In this document: piece by piece, positions 44,761 through 58,436 of the stretch
Layout of the letters: each line of letters starts with the position of its first letter
How positions within the stretch are numbered: the stretch's first letter is position 1
NCBI GenBank assembly: GCA_951406725.2
Contig: OX597825.1
Coordinates: 9,424,001-9,488,000 of the forward strand
Reading direction: 5' to 3'
DNA: 64,000 nucleotides
From: Octopus vulgaris
Lineage: Eukaryota
Made by a program: the position numbers and the translations under genes
Notes under the pieces: generated by a model
Told to the model about the DNA's origin: nothing
The model's input: the letters and a program-made list of their open reading frames with translations, nothing else
Databases searched by the model: none

Positions 44761-45714
44761 GTGTATATGAAAATAATAACGATTTGAAAATAATTACTAT
44801 GATATTAATTATCATAACAATAATTATGAGGGTAATTATTATATTGTTATTACTTTTTTGCCACAAGGGAAGAGATAATATTACACTAGGGTTCAGTAGA
44901 ATACAATATTTAAGTATAAATCCCTCCACTAACGCAACAGCATATTGCATTATAGTTCAAAAGAGTTAAATGGTCAGTACTACTCAGTTTAATGACTGTC
45001 ATTTCATAAAATACTCCTCCTTTTCAGACTACGAACTATTGAAGTTATGTTCACAGTAGGAAAAAATACATCCAATATTGATCTCGTAACAAATCGTTTA
45101 GTTCGCCTAAAAGCATGGCTACGATTATTAGATGTCATTAGCGGGCCTTTCCCTGGCTTCTAGCACAATACATATATGTTTGATATTTCTCAATTTCCTT
45201 TCATGGAAATTACGTGTTAAAAAATAATGCCTTAGTATTAGATTTCAGACAAAACGAGATTATTGATGAACAATTCTCTCTGTGAAATCTGTCACGATAC
45301 TTACTAATAAATGTGTCTGCAGAAATGGAAATCGGCAAAATGTAATAAAAGACAGAATAAAAATAAATGGTTGATAAAATGAAAATTAGTAAACAGAACA
45401 GAAATCAACATTAAGTCTAGGCATTAAGTTGAATTATAACAAAAAGTTATTCTCCGTTAATTGAAACAGATAACTTTGGAATTGCAATCGCGCTAACTAC
45501 TTTCCATGATGTTGCTTCTATGATAAGAATGCAGCAAAAATATAAGAACATTTAATAATGACGTGGGTTTAATGAACACAAGATTGACACCAAGAAGGGC
45601 TGTGTACAAACAAGATTTGTCGGCCATATAATCACCTTTTTTTTTTAATTCTTAGACATAGAAAGGAATATATAATATTGTACAAAGTGTACAACAAAGC
45701 TAGCAACAAAACAA

Positions 45715-45830
<116 letters not shown>

Positions 45831-45944
45831 TAATAATAATAATGATACATAATAATAATAACAGTGTTACAAGCTGCATTAATTAATTCAGCAGTGGCTA
45901 ATATGGGATTATTATAAATTGCCAGTGAACAACGGTATTGTGAA

Positions 45945-46262
45945 AATGCGTGGCTTAGTAGTTAGGAGGTATTCGGTACGCGATCCTAAGTTCTTCAGTT
46001 CGATCCCTGGAGGTGCGGTTTGTCTTTGAGCAACACACTTTATTTCACATTGCTCCAGTTCACTCAGCTAACAACAGTGAGTTACACCTGTATTTCAAAG
46101 GGTTAACTTTGTCACACTCTGTGTCACGCTCAATCTCCCCGAGAACTACGTTAAGGGTACACGTGACTGTGGAGTGCTCAGCCCTTTGCATGTGAATTTC
46201 ACGAGCAAGCTGTTTCGTTGGTCGGATCAACTACAATACTCATCGTCGTAACCGACGGAGTG
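45945..46262 (+). mobile_element. SINE mosaic (core 2 plus tail X)
   Basis: tRNA-like head, TTGCTCCAGTTCACTCAGCT core, and a tail matching 14722-14900. Confidence 0.75.
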
Positions 46263-46724
46263 TCTATTACAATTTATGTGATGATCAAGCATTTTTCTCT
46301 ATTTCCTAACCGCAGACGTCTTTAAATTTTGGAGGAAAACGTTAGTTGATTACATCGAACCAGTACTTGACTGCTACTTACTTTATCAACTCCGAAAATA
46401 TGAAAGCCACAGACGATTTCGGTGGAATTCGAACTCAGATCATAAAGCCGAAAATGATTTTGCCCGTTCGCTGCCTTTTTGTTGTTCTTGAATTATTAAA
46501 CAAATATTTTCTTCGTCAGATCAGTAGAGATACTTCTCTCCCGGATCGAAACCTGTTTCCAGGCTAAAAACGTCAACTATTCTTGTTTATAGGTTGTACA
46601 GAGGGAAACTATCAACGTTCGTTATTTTATCGCCGTTCTTTCAAAAAATATAACTGCCTCTAGTGAGTTTTGAACTCAGCACATAAACAGAACGTAACTG
46701 AATAAAGTCAGAAATTTAAATTCA

Positions 46725-46782
46725 AGAAGAAGAAGAAGAAGAAAAAGAAGAAGAAGGAGGACAATAATAATAATAATAATAA

Positions 46783-46813
<31 letters not shown>

Positions 46814-46955
46814 AAGAAGAAGGAAAAGAATAAGAAGAAGAAGGAGGAGGAGGAGGGGGAGCAGAAGAAGTAGAAGAAGAAGAAGAAGAAGAAGAAGAAA
46901 AAGAAGAAGTAGAAGGAAAAGAAGAAGTAGAAGGAAAAGAAGAAATAGAAGAAGT

Positions 46956-46986
<31 letters not shown>

Positions 46987-47290
46987 GAAGGAAAAGAAGA
47001 AGAAGAAGAAGAAGAAGAAGAAGAAGAAGAAGAAAATAATTGAATGAAGTCAGAAATTTAATTCAAGAATGGAGGAGATGGTGGAGGAGGAGGAGGAGGA
47101 GGAGGAGGAGGAAAAGAAGAAGAGAAAGAAGATAAAGAAGGAGAAGTAGAAGAAGAAGAAGCAGAAGAAGAAGAAGAAGAAGAAGAAGAAGAAGAAGAAG
47201 AAGAAGAAGAAGAAGAAGAAGAAGAAGAAGAAGGTGGTGATGGTGGTGGTGGTGGTGGTGACGGCAATAATAATAACAACAACAACAAAA
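46725..47290. repeat. (GAA)n/(GGA)n purine-rich microsatellite
   Basis: Read directly; the unique flank TGAAT(A/G)AAGTCAGAAATTTAA is duplicated at about 46699 and 47041. Confidence 0.95.
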
Positions 47291-47966
47291 CCGACCAGAT
47301 CAACTGTAATAAAGGCGAAAAGGAAAAAGATGTGTGTTTACGGAACAATTCCAATAATAATGACTCGGGTGAAAAAGACAGGAGAATGTAATTAACATTT
47401 TCTGTTTAGTTTTCATATCTCGAACGGAATTTTTCATTGAATTGCCAAGAGAGCCATAAAACTAGCAATAGAGTTAATCGGAAATCTTAGCATTGAATCT
47501 CATATGGCACCATAATGAAGGTTATTCCACAAAAAATACCATCATCTATAATCAGAGGCTGTCTTAAATCAATTCCTAGGTTTTGCAAATTTCTGTAAAG
47601 TTGGCAACAACTTCATTCTTCGAATGTATGTAATGGCTTAGTCCAGATTACGTTACTGAATAAATAGTTCTCAAATAGAGCAAGAATTGACGGAAGCGAA
47701 GAGGGAGACGAGGGGGGAACGCGGGATGTTGCTGTCACTCTATTGTTTTTCACCCTCCTTCCTTCCTATTATCTTTCTCTCTCTCTCTCTCTTTCTCTCT
47801 CTCAATCTATCTCTCTTTCTTCCTCTGTCTGTATGAGTGTGCGTGTATGTGTGTGTATGTGTGTACATATGCGAAAGTATCTGTTTAATAAAGAATGTGT
47901 ATCTCTCTCTTTTTCTGTCTCTGTACCTCTCCTTACATACATATATGCGTACATATATGTATATGT

Positions 47967-48079
<113 letters not shown>

Positions 48080-48199
48080 TGCCCCCTCGTTATCGAGTAT
48101 GACCATTGCACGAAGAATAACTGTTACTGGTGCCGTGATCGAATGTGACTTTTTAGCCCAGCTAAAGATATATATATATATATATATACATACATGCAT

Positions 48200-48268
<69 letters not shown>

Positions 48269-48348
48269 TGTATGTATGTATGTATGTATGTATGTATGTA
48301 GACAGGCGGATAGGCAGACATTCACACTTGAACAAATATAATAGATGT

Positions 48349-49480
48349 ATGAAATTTGTAGGTTTTTGTCTTTTACATAGAAAATAAAGTATTATATAAC
48401 TAAGAACTGAAGAAGTTAAATTATTATAACATTATAAAGCGACAATACAATTTCACCGAAATTCAACAGTCCCATTCAGAATAGAATCTTTTTATTCGTG
48501 TTGTCCAACAAGAAAAGAGGCCAGGTTCGATACCGTCATTTTGGAAAATACTCGCGTGTGTGTGTGAACAATAACTGGTGAATCAAGAGTAGAATTTAAC
48601 GTTATTTTTCATGATGTAATTTTATTATTCATCAATAAAGAACACCTGTGAAACAGGTGTAGTGAAAATCATGCTACCTGTGTTAGATTATACTGTTTTC
48701 TTGATATAAATAGATGAATATATTGTATATTGTCATTAAATTATAAGATTTCCACTCCTGCGCCTTCTACTATATATATATTTATATATATATATATACA
48801 TGTATATATTATATTGAATTAGAGATAAAACCACTATTAGGCAAATCATACAATGAAAAACTTAAGCCAATACATAATATTATTTAATTTATATTATTTA
48901 AATATATAACAAAATTATTAAAAAAATATAATTAATATAACACTACGATCTTTATTGATGAATAATAAAATTACATCATGAAAAATAACGTTAAATTCTA
49001 CTCTTGATTCACCAGTTATTGTTCACACACACACACACACACACGAGTATTTTCCAAAATGACGGTATCGAACCTGACTTCTTTTCTTGTTGGACAACAC
49101 GAATAAAAAGATTCTATTCTGAATGGGACTGTTGAATTTCGGTGAAATTGTATTGTCGCTTTATAATGTAATAATAATTTAACTTCTTCAGTTCTTAGTT
49201 ATATAATACTTTATTTTCTATGTAAAAGACAAAAACCTACAAATTTCATTGATTAAACCTCGCCAAGTTAAATATTTAAACCACCTGATGAATGACTGTA
49301 ACTCGAAAATTTAAAGAAATTAACAGCCATGAAACGATCGTAGTGTTATATTAATTATATTATTTTAATAATTTTATTATATATTTAAATAATATAAATT
49401 AAATAATCTTATGTATTGGCTTAAGTTTTTCATTGTATGATTTGCCTAATAGTAGTTTTATCTCTAATTTAATATAATAT
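48349..49480. repeat. interleaved inverted repeats A-B-A'-B'
   Basis: A 48349-48641 / A' 48949-49249; B 48806-48950 / B' 49336-49480; both pairs are highly similar. Confidence 0.92.
49279..49347 (+). ncRNA. type I hammerhead ribozyme motif (family H2)
   Basis: CAC-CTGATGA-ATGACTGT...ACAGCCAT-GAAAC-GATC-GTA-GTG: intact core, stem II 7 of 8 paired, 2-bp stem III with a palindromic GATC loop; predicted cleavage after 49342. Confidence 0.75.
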
Positions 49481-49565
49481 AATATTTTACTATAAAATTG
49501 GATTCAATCCTAAATCTGTTTTTCCCTGTAAGTTTGGATTTATTCCCTAATATTTATTATTATAC

Positions 49566-49692
<127 letters not shown>

Positions 49693-50070
49693 GAGAGATA
49701 TAACATGTTTGCTTCCTGGCAACATTCAAAGACCTCGTATAACTGAATTTCATCAGCAGAAGGAGATTGTCCCTCATATTGAATGTCACGAGCGAAGGAA
49801 TTGTAGCATATTGGTGAGAGAGTCTTTACGATTCAGCTGGATTGAGATCTGGAATAGATCGTGCGAGTTTAAATGCATTTAATCAAGTCTATCACCATTA
49901 ATTTACTGTGAGTGGTACTTGAACTGTCTTAGGATGTACACTGTGCCACACGATTTGTAGATAAGAGTTGTTACCAGGTCAGAGTGCATAAGCTATGAAT
50001 TACAAGCCACGTACGAAAATAGCATTGTACCCGGAAGTCTGTATATTTTACATACCTATATATGTATATA

Positions 50071-50624
50071 CGAGCAAAACGCCCCCCGTCCAATAGACGG
50101 TGCTGAGTTGTCAAACATTTGAACCAAATTTTTTCAAAACAACTTGTCCGACCGTCCCATAGGCTTCCCCTTTGAGAAACACTGATTTAACCTAAATTTG
50201 AGACACCAGCAAAACAAGAAAACAAGATAGGCTTTTTTTCTATTCCAAAGAAATCCGATGTTATTCACACAAATATGCAACCGAAGAGTTTAAAGTACCA
50301 GTAATGAAAAGGCTGTTGACTAGAGAACACAAACATGGTTTAAACAGTAAGCTTGGCAGGAAAGAAACGTGCCTTTAAGCAGTACAAAAACAGCAAAAAA
50401 GTGGAAGGTGCAGTTATGTACAGGTTGACGGAAGAAAAAGCAGGACAAAAACGGCTTTATCGATCGCATTCTCACCTGGTATCGATTTTTGTAGTTTTTT
50501 CAAGACTTATACACGCCCTGATACCGTTGGTATCTACATATCAAATTTGAGCGCAATCGGATGGAGGATGCCCGAGATCCGAGAAGACACACACAGAGAC
50601 AGACAGAACAGGTTTTATATAAGA
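50071..50624 (-). mobile_element. non-autonomous Helitron-like element
   Basis: The minus strand begins TCTTATATAAAACC and ends CTCG (CTRR-like variant), with a CCGTC/GACGG hairpin 15 nt from the end, inserted between A and T with no TSD. Confidence 0.6.
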
Positions 50625-50626
50625 TG

Positions 50627-50686
<60 letters not shown>

Positions 50687-50850
50687 GAGAGAGAGAGGGG
50701 GATAGGGAGATAGGGAGTTTACAATTTATAGAAATCCATGGCAATCATTACAAGGTAGCTAAATGTAAAATTCAAGATATAAATGGTTTAACGACATCCC
50801 AAGCGTTCATCTCCTTATTCAATTATATATATATATGAGTGTGTGTGTGT

Positions 50851-50914
<64 letters not shown>

Positions 50915-52472
50915 TCGTTTATCCCATGAATATTTGCCTGCAATCCGTGTGTCTCTATCACAGAACTGCTATGAATAACCACCAACTAGATGTCGAGGAT
51001 ATCTTCCAACAGTGACTTGACTTCCATTTCTCACACACTCAACGACATTTGCTAATCAATACCAACAGAAGTGAAATGTTTAAGACTTTTCTGTAACTGC
51101 TGAGGAGACCAAATTTCAATTGACAGAATATGAGAATATATAGAGAGGTAGAACATACTATCACATCTGTCTATTTTATCACTAAGTAAACTGGTACGGC
51201 TATGAGCAATACCATCTACCTGTGGTTTTTAAGTCAATTACTATTTCATTTAACATGCTTCCTGCGAATCGTCTTACGCATAGATTGCTTTTGTTCTTTC
51301 TCTTTCTTTCGGTATTTCAAATTCATGCACTCTATGTTAAAACCGAACTACGGTTACGTAGACATCCATACACACATACCTCATCACAACAACCCGTAAC
51401 TTACGCAATCATCTCTTTTTCCCTTACATACATTCATACATATATATATATATAAATACTTACATACACACATATTTACATACAAACATACATATAAACA
51501 TACATACATACATACATACATGCATGAACTCACATACATGCATGCATACTTACATACATACTTACATACACACATACATACTTACATATTTATATACAAA
51601 CGCATGCATACATAAATTTATATATACATACATACTCACACACACGCACACATACATACACACATACATACATACATGCATGGATACATACATACATACA
51701 TACATGCATGCATACATACATACATACATGCATGCACACATTCATAGATACATACATACATACATACATATATACATACATACATACATACAGTAAAAAT
51801 ATGAAAGCCTTTTCTCAAGTTTCAAATGTGAATTTGTCTATGTTAACTACATCCCAAAGATGGAGCCTTGTATCTTTGTTGGGAACCGGCTCCCTCCTCA
51901 GTGGAAGATTTATAAGTAAAAATTAGAAGTGACTGACATACATATGTATGATAAATGAAAAATGTAAAAACGAACAGGATACAAACAGAACGTCCGTAAT
52001 TCTTCATCAGTTATCGACCATTTTATAATATTCAGTTTCACACCTTTAACGATAAGACTGATCGCTTCCCAATTGGCGGAGCCCGCAAAAAAATGTTTTC
52101 TTACGGAGAATTAAGGACAAGAGCAAACAAAACAACACAAGCAAAACGGTTGTAGAGGGTGATTTAGGATGGTGACGATGCATAGTGCAACAAAATACGG
52201 CCTTGGGGCCAAGGAGAGGAGGATAGTGAGTAACGCTTAGGAAACGTCTTGAAGGTTAGAGAATGGAGAGACAGAGAATTTGAGACTGGTCAGCTATGGG
52301 ACCACTGTAAGGGAGAAGAAAAAGGGGATCTGGTCGCTGATCCCGTGATAGTAGCAGGCAGACGAGAAAGACAGTGGGGAGAGGGAGTGACAGAGGAAAA
52401 AAGGAAAGGGAAGGAGGGGAAGGAGAAAGGCTAGGAATACAAGAGGGTGAGAGAGAAAAGGCTAGAATATAT

Positions 52473-52700
52473 ATCTTTACTACACGCAAGGGGCTAAACA
52501 CAGAGGAGACAAACAAGGACAGACAAACAGATTAAGTCGATTACATCGACCCCAGTGCGTAACTGGTTCTTAATTTATCGACCCCGAAAGGATGAAAGGC
52601 AAAGTTGACCTCGGCGGAATTTGAACCCAGAACGTAACGGCAGACGATATACGGCTACGCATTTCGTCCGGCGTGCTAACGTTTCTGCCAGTTCGCCGAC
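52473..52700 (-). mobile_element. SINE family A
   Basis: Near full-length match. Confidence 0.88.
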
Positions 52701-52884
52701 TAGAATAGAAGTAGAATGACTAAAATAGAAAGAAAAGAAAGAAAAGTGGGGAAGGGGGGCAATGAAGACAAGAGAGTCACACGAGTATTATATATAAAAA
52801 AAACTTACTTGTTAATACAAATTCGGTTTGCGTTGCCTTCCATTACTTGATAAATGAAAAACGTATAAACAAACAACGTAACGT

Positions 52885-53507
52885 ATACTGAATGTAAAAA
52901 CAAACAGGAGACAAACAGAGGGTCCGTAATTCTTCAACGGTTATCCAACAATTGATAATATCCACTTATGTCCAAGAGTCTATGTTCCTCTTTTAACATT
53001 GTTATTCAGAAAATTTCCACAGTTTTTCCTTTTATGTTATGAAATTCATAATTTCCCTTGACCTTTGACACGTTGAGATATTGTGATGTTCAGTTAGTTT
53101 ACAAGCTTATAGTATACCAAGAAATTACTGTTGTGTTTTGGTGTGACCGAATGCCATATATTTTCCCCTCGATGCCATCTGGTTTCTGAGAACCATTCAG
53201 AAATAGTTAAATGGACGCTAACACACTTTCTATAGTATAACTAGAAATTTTAATTGATTAACGTATAATACTCGTAATCGCTAAGAAACAAATCATTCGA
53301 TTAATAAATGACTCTGGTCAGGCGATGCGAGACGACGAGCTGAAATTAAAACAATTTGAAATTAATTAAAAATAGTATCCAGCGTCGAGTGTCTTGATCT
53401 TGGCAGCATGGGAACAGCACTAGACATGTCTATTAGTTTAGCCAAAGTATCTCGTGGTAGTTGGCTGCTAATAGGTCCTTATAACATTCAATTCTCTCAT
53501 CCACTGT
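52885..53507. repeat. left arm of a ~620-bp inverted repeat
   Basis: Reverse complement of 57402-58027. Confidence 0.93.
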
Positions 53508-53658
53508 TACGATCGGTTCTAGGACTAATTTCTTTCAATCTTTTCCAGTTTCCTCTCTCTCTCTCTCTCTCTCCCTCTCTCTCTCTCTCTCTCATACTCT
53601 TTCCCTAATTCATGGACTTATTCATATCTACGTACATCCATATACTTGTGTGCGTGTG

Positions 53659-53707
<49 letters not shown>

Positions 53708-53759
53708 TATGTATTGAGTACCTTATTTACTGTGGTTTACCCCGACTCAACCCGGGATC

Positions 53760-53816
<57 letters not shown>

Positions 53817-53919
53817 TAACAAACTAAGGAAAGGAATTTTTTTAAGAATTTATTTTAGATTATGTCCTATTCTAAATAAATATGAAGATTTACGCAAGTA
53901 TTACGGCAATATATCAAGG

Positions 53920-53951
<32 letters not shown>

Positions 53952-54867
53952 CTATAAGCGTAATTAAATAGATTTAGGAGAGGTGTAATGGAGCCGTGTG
54001 GTGGAATATGCTTCAGTATCACTGCAAATACTAATATTACTCTCGTTAATTTTGTAAGAAATTATTTGAATTTAGAGACAATGAAATGTAACCCTGACAG
54101 CAATCGTAATGAAAATTATTGTATATAGATAAGAGTTCCACCCGCCTACCCTGTATTTTACGTAATTTTATTCTGACGTTTATAAATGTATATCATCATT
54201 AGTTGTAGATAAACCTGCCTTTAGCAATGATTCTAATTATTGAATAATAATAGAGGATTGTCAGAGGAAAGACATCGGTGAGCATCTAATCGTCAAAAAC
54301 AAAAAATATAGCAAACGAAAAATTGCCTGATAGAAATGCTATGAGTAATGTGTGAAACAAACATAGTTTCAGGTTTCCTTAATTTAATCTCTCATCACTT
54401 TCTCGCGGATACTGTAAAATCTTTTACAGAAATTTGATTAAAATGGACTTCGTTGCAAGTAACTATTGTCTAAATTCCATTAAGATTTACGCTGCTAAAA
54501 ACGTTTTAACACGTTTAATTAAAATTTTGCGTTTTTCTATAACAGTATCAATCGTAAATGCCTGCTTGATGGTAAATGCTCGCTTGATGGAAAATGCCTA
54601 GTAATGTTATTTACACATTGTGCTAAAGTACACTCGGACAAAAATTTTAGCCCGAAGTCACATATTTGATTAACCGAACATAATTTTCATACTAGGTCTT
54701 ACCTTTTAAACTACTGACCTGGAAAGAAATTTGTCAAGCATAACTGAAAGGGATTTGATTTCTCAGGGACGCCAACCCACGTAGTTTTGAAATTATTCGA
54801 ACAGAGTAAGAACTGGTGACATTAAACAAACACGGGAGATTTTTGTGAAATTTGATTTGCCACTGGT

Positions 54868-55570
54868 ACCCAGTGTGTAACTGGTACTTATTTAATCGAC
54901 TCCGAAAGGATGAAAGGCAAAGTTGACCACGGCGGAATTTGAACTCAGAATGTAACGACGGGCGAAATACCGAAATGCATTTCGCCCGGCGTGCAAACAT
55001 TATTAAGGCGGCGAGCTGACAGAGTCGTTAGCACGCTGGGCGAAATGCTTAGCGGTATTTCGCCCGTCGTTATGTTCTGAGTTCAAATTCCACCGAGGTC
55101 GACTTTGCCTTTCATCCTTTTGGGGTTCGATTAAATAAGTGCCAGTCACGCACTGGGGTCTATATAATCGACTTAATCCGTTTGTCCTCTCTGTGTTAAG
55201 CCCCTTGTGGGTAGTAGAGAAATAGGTATTTCGTCTGCCGTTACATTCTGAGTTCAAATTCCGCCTAGGTCGACTTTGCCTTTCATCCTTTCGGGGTCGA
55301 TTAAATAAGTACCAGTTACGCATTGCGGTCGATATAATCGACTTAAATCCATCTGTCTATCCTTGTTTGTCTCCTCTGTGTTTAGCCCCTTGTGGGTAGT
55401 AAAGAAATAGGTATTTCGTCTGCCGTTACGTTCTGACTTGAAAATGACGCCGAGGTCGACTTTGCCTTTCATCCTTTCGGGTTCGATAAATTAAGTACCA
55501 GTGAATTTTCGAGGTCGATGCAATCGACTAGTCCCCTCCCCCAAAACTCCAGGCCTTCTACCTATAATAG
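54868..55570. mobile_element. SINE A cluster: partial minus copy head-to-head with a plus-strand trimer
   Basis: 54868-55000 (-); head at 55005 (+); head-less units start after GAAATA|GGTATTTC at about 55224 and 55410. Confidence 0.85.
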
Positions 55571-55599
55571 AAAGGATTATTAAGAACACTAATAACAAT

Positions 55600-55960
55600 A
55601 AAAGAATCATAGCTATTGACCTTGTAATAGCACCAGAACTTCACTTTTACAACAATGGAGTCACAGTATGGCTCTAGAAATCGAAATTAAAATGATGTGG
55701 AATGGGAAAACCGAAAGGATGCCGTTGATCATCGAATTTCTAAGAGTTATGATGAACGGAATGAAAAGTTCGCCATTTCCCTGGCAACACCAACATTTAC
55801 ATACTTTTACAGATCAATCTACCAGAAACAGTCCATAGACTACTGACAGTCTTATAAATCAATTGACGTCATCCTCGTCTCATGACTATAGTTTTCACTT
55901 AACTCTACAAGGTGTAAGATGAAGCATAACATAACTATTACAAATTTTCATAAATAACAA
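55600..55960 (+). mobile_element. decayed R4/Dong-like RLE C-terminus
   Basis: ALEIEIKMMWNGKTERMPLII...PGNTNIY...ETVHRLLTVL* parallels the 18027 ORF. Confidence 0.6.
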
Positions 55961-56124
55961 CAACAACAACAATAAAGAGCAAAATATTTACTATTTACGC
56001 AAGAGTGGTTGTGTGGTAAGTAGCTTGTTTACCAGCCACATGGTTCCGGGTTCAGTCCCACTGCGTGGCACCTTCGGCAAATGTCTTCTACTATAGCCTC
56101 GGGCCGACCAAAGCCTTCAAGGCA

Positions 56125-57228
56125 AATATGTGGCCCGCAGCAAACAAGCTGATATGGACCAGAAGCACACCCATCAGTGACTACGGAGCTCAAATTAAAG
56201 GCAGAAAGCGATGACTTCATCTTAGCTACTCAAAGTTCAAAGTTTATTGACTCGGATCTACCAAGTCAATGTGATAAAAAAAGGGAGTGGGCCGAAAGTG
56301 CTGATTCTGCAGTGATGAGACTGAAACAGTGGACCACGATCCTTTGAAGCGATTCTTTGCGACTTTCCAATATATACATACAGAAACATCGATCCTAATA
56401 AACCGGATATTCTATTTCTTTACTACCCACAAGGGGCTAAACACAGAGGGGACGAACAAGGACAGACAAACGGATTAAGTCGATTACATCGACCCCAGTG
56501 CGTAACTGGTACTTATTTAATCGACCCCGAAAGGATGAAAGGCAAAGTTGACCTCGGCAGAATTTGAACTCAGAACGTAGCGGCAGACGAAATACAGCTA
56601 AGCATTTCGTCCGGCGTGTTAAAGCTTCTGCCAGCTCGCCGCCTTATTAAACCGGATATTCTTGTGAAAGACCAAAACAATACAGTTTGTTTATTGATCG
56701 ACATTAGTATTCTTTGTCATCATATTTTGGTAAAAGAACTTTACAAACTCAGAATATATAAAGATTTGCCCATTGAATTTGAAAAAAATGTGGCATCACA
56801 AGGCAGTTACAATACCGGTAATTGTAGGAGTACATTGATTGTTCAAGAAAGGAACTGAAAATTATTTAAGATTGATTCCTGGATTACTGTCCATTAAAGA
56901 AGAGCATACGATCGTTTCAACTGGTACGGTACATGCATTGAGAAGTGTATTGTCGCTATGAGAACGATTACAAACCACGTAAATATCTTTCTTTTTATAT
57001 TTTCCCTTTTTCTTTCTTTCTTTTCTTATTTTCTCTCTCATTACGTTTTTTTTTATTCTTTTCTTAATTTTTCATTCACATAGCTTGGCTTTGTAAAGGA
57101 ACATTCTAGAGGTTGATTTTAATGGCCTATCAATGCATACAGTGAGTTTCTTTGCGCTAGCTGTTGGGAAGACACTCGGCAAGAAATGGAAACAAAATTG
57201 AAAGAAGAAAATCTCATGATAATAATAG
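56125..57228 (+). mobile_element. R4/Dong-like LINE 3' relic interrupted by a SINE
   Basis: LKAESDDFILATQ..LLTRIYQ..PKC*FCSDETETVDH, then KPDILVKDQNNTVCLLIDI...YKDLPIEFEK..TIPVIVG...HALRSVLSL*; ends in a short TAA tail. Confidence 0.85.
56414..56645 (-). mobile_element. SINE family A with a 15-bp TSD
   Basis: TAAACCGGATATTCT at 56399-56413 and 56648-56662. Confidence 0.92.
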
Positions 57229-57401
57229 TAACATCAACAACAATATCATGGTAATCATATGACAATACACACGCGTATGAACGAAATAAGTAGTAATCCG
57301 ATCTTTAAGGCGCTAATGACATATGATTATTCATAATCTCTTTATTTCATATCTACTCTGTCAATCATATAATTTGAATAAGGCTTCTTATTTACTTATT
57401 T

Positions 57402-58027
57402 CAGTGGATGAGAAAATTGAATGTTATAAGGACCTATTAGCAGCCAACTACCACGAGATACTTTGGCTAAACTAATAGACATGTCTAGTGCTGTTCCCAT
57501 GCTGCCAAGATCAAGACGCTCGACACTGGATACCATTTTTAATTAATTTCAAATTGTTTTAATTTCAGCTCGTCGTCTCGCATCGCCTGACCAGAGTCAT
57601 TTATTAATCGAATGATATGTTTCTTAGCGATTACGAGTATTATACGTTAATCAATTAAAATTTCTAGTTATACTATAGAAAGTGTGTTAGCGTCCATTTA
57701 ACTATTTCTGAATGGTTCTCAGAAACCAGATGGCATCGAGGGGAAAATATATGGCATTCGGTCACACCAAAACACAACGGTAATTTCTTGGTATACTATA
57801 AGCTTGTAAACTAACTGAACATCACAATATCTAAACGTGTCAAAGGTCAAATGAAATTATGAATTTCTAAAAACATAAAAGGAAAAACTGTGGAAATACT
57901 CTGAATAACAATGTTAAAAGAGGGACATGGATTCTTGGACATAATTGGATATCATCAATTGTTGGATAACCATTGAAGAATTACGGACCTTCTGTTCGTC
58001 TCCTCTTCGTTTTTTACATTCAGTATA
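57402..58027. repeat. right arm of a ~620-bp inverted repeat
   Basis: Reverse complement of 52885-53507. Confidence 0.93.
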
Positions 58028-58028
58028 A

Positions 58029-58436
58029 GCTAAGTTATTATATCGAACCCATTTGGCGAACCGCTAAGTTATTATATCGATCTCGATTGGCGAACCGCAA
58101 ACTTATTCTATCCATCTGAATTGGCGAGCCGCTACGTTATTCTATCGGTTTCCTTTGGCGAGCCGCTATGTTATTGTATCGATCACATTTGGCGAACCGT
58201 TAAGTTATTATATCGATTCATTTTGGCGAACCGCTAGGTTATTCTATCGACCGTTTGGCGAACCGCTTGCTTATTATATCGATCTCGTTTGGGGAACCGC
58301 TATGTTATGATATCGGTTTCTTTTGGCGAACCTGTAAATTATATCGATATCGTTTGGCGAACTGTTAAGTTATTCTATCGATATCGTTTGGCGAACCGCT
58401 AGATTATTATAACGCTCTCGTTTGGCGAACCGCTAA
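58029..58436. repeat. 34-bp minisatellite, 12 units, derived from SINE B
   Basis: Consensus GCTAAGTTATT(A/C)TATCGnnnnnnTTTGGCGAACC; compare SINE B TTATTCTATCGGTCTCTTTTGCCGAACCGCTAAG. Confidence 0.9.

Noticed and set aside
51985-52045. Hammerhead on the minus strand (CTGATGA AGAA...TTCT)
   Set aside because: The stem is followed by GTTT rather than GAAA, and the permuted arrangement lacks stem I.
52885-58027. Autonomous long-TIR DNA transposon
   Set aside because: No transposase or integrase in the spacer and no clear TSD; kept only as an inverted repeat.
58029-58436. CRISPR-like repeat/spacer appearance
   Set aside because: The variable parts are only about 6 nt, the unit derives from a SINE, the context is eukaryotic, and there are no cas genes.
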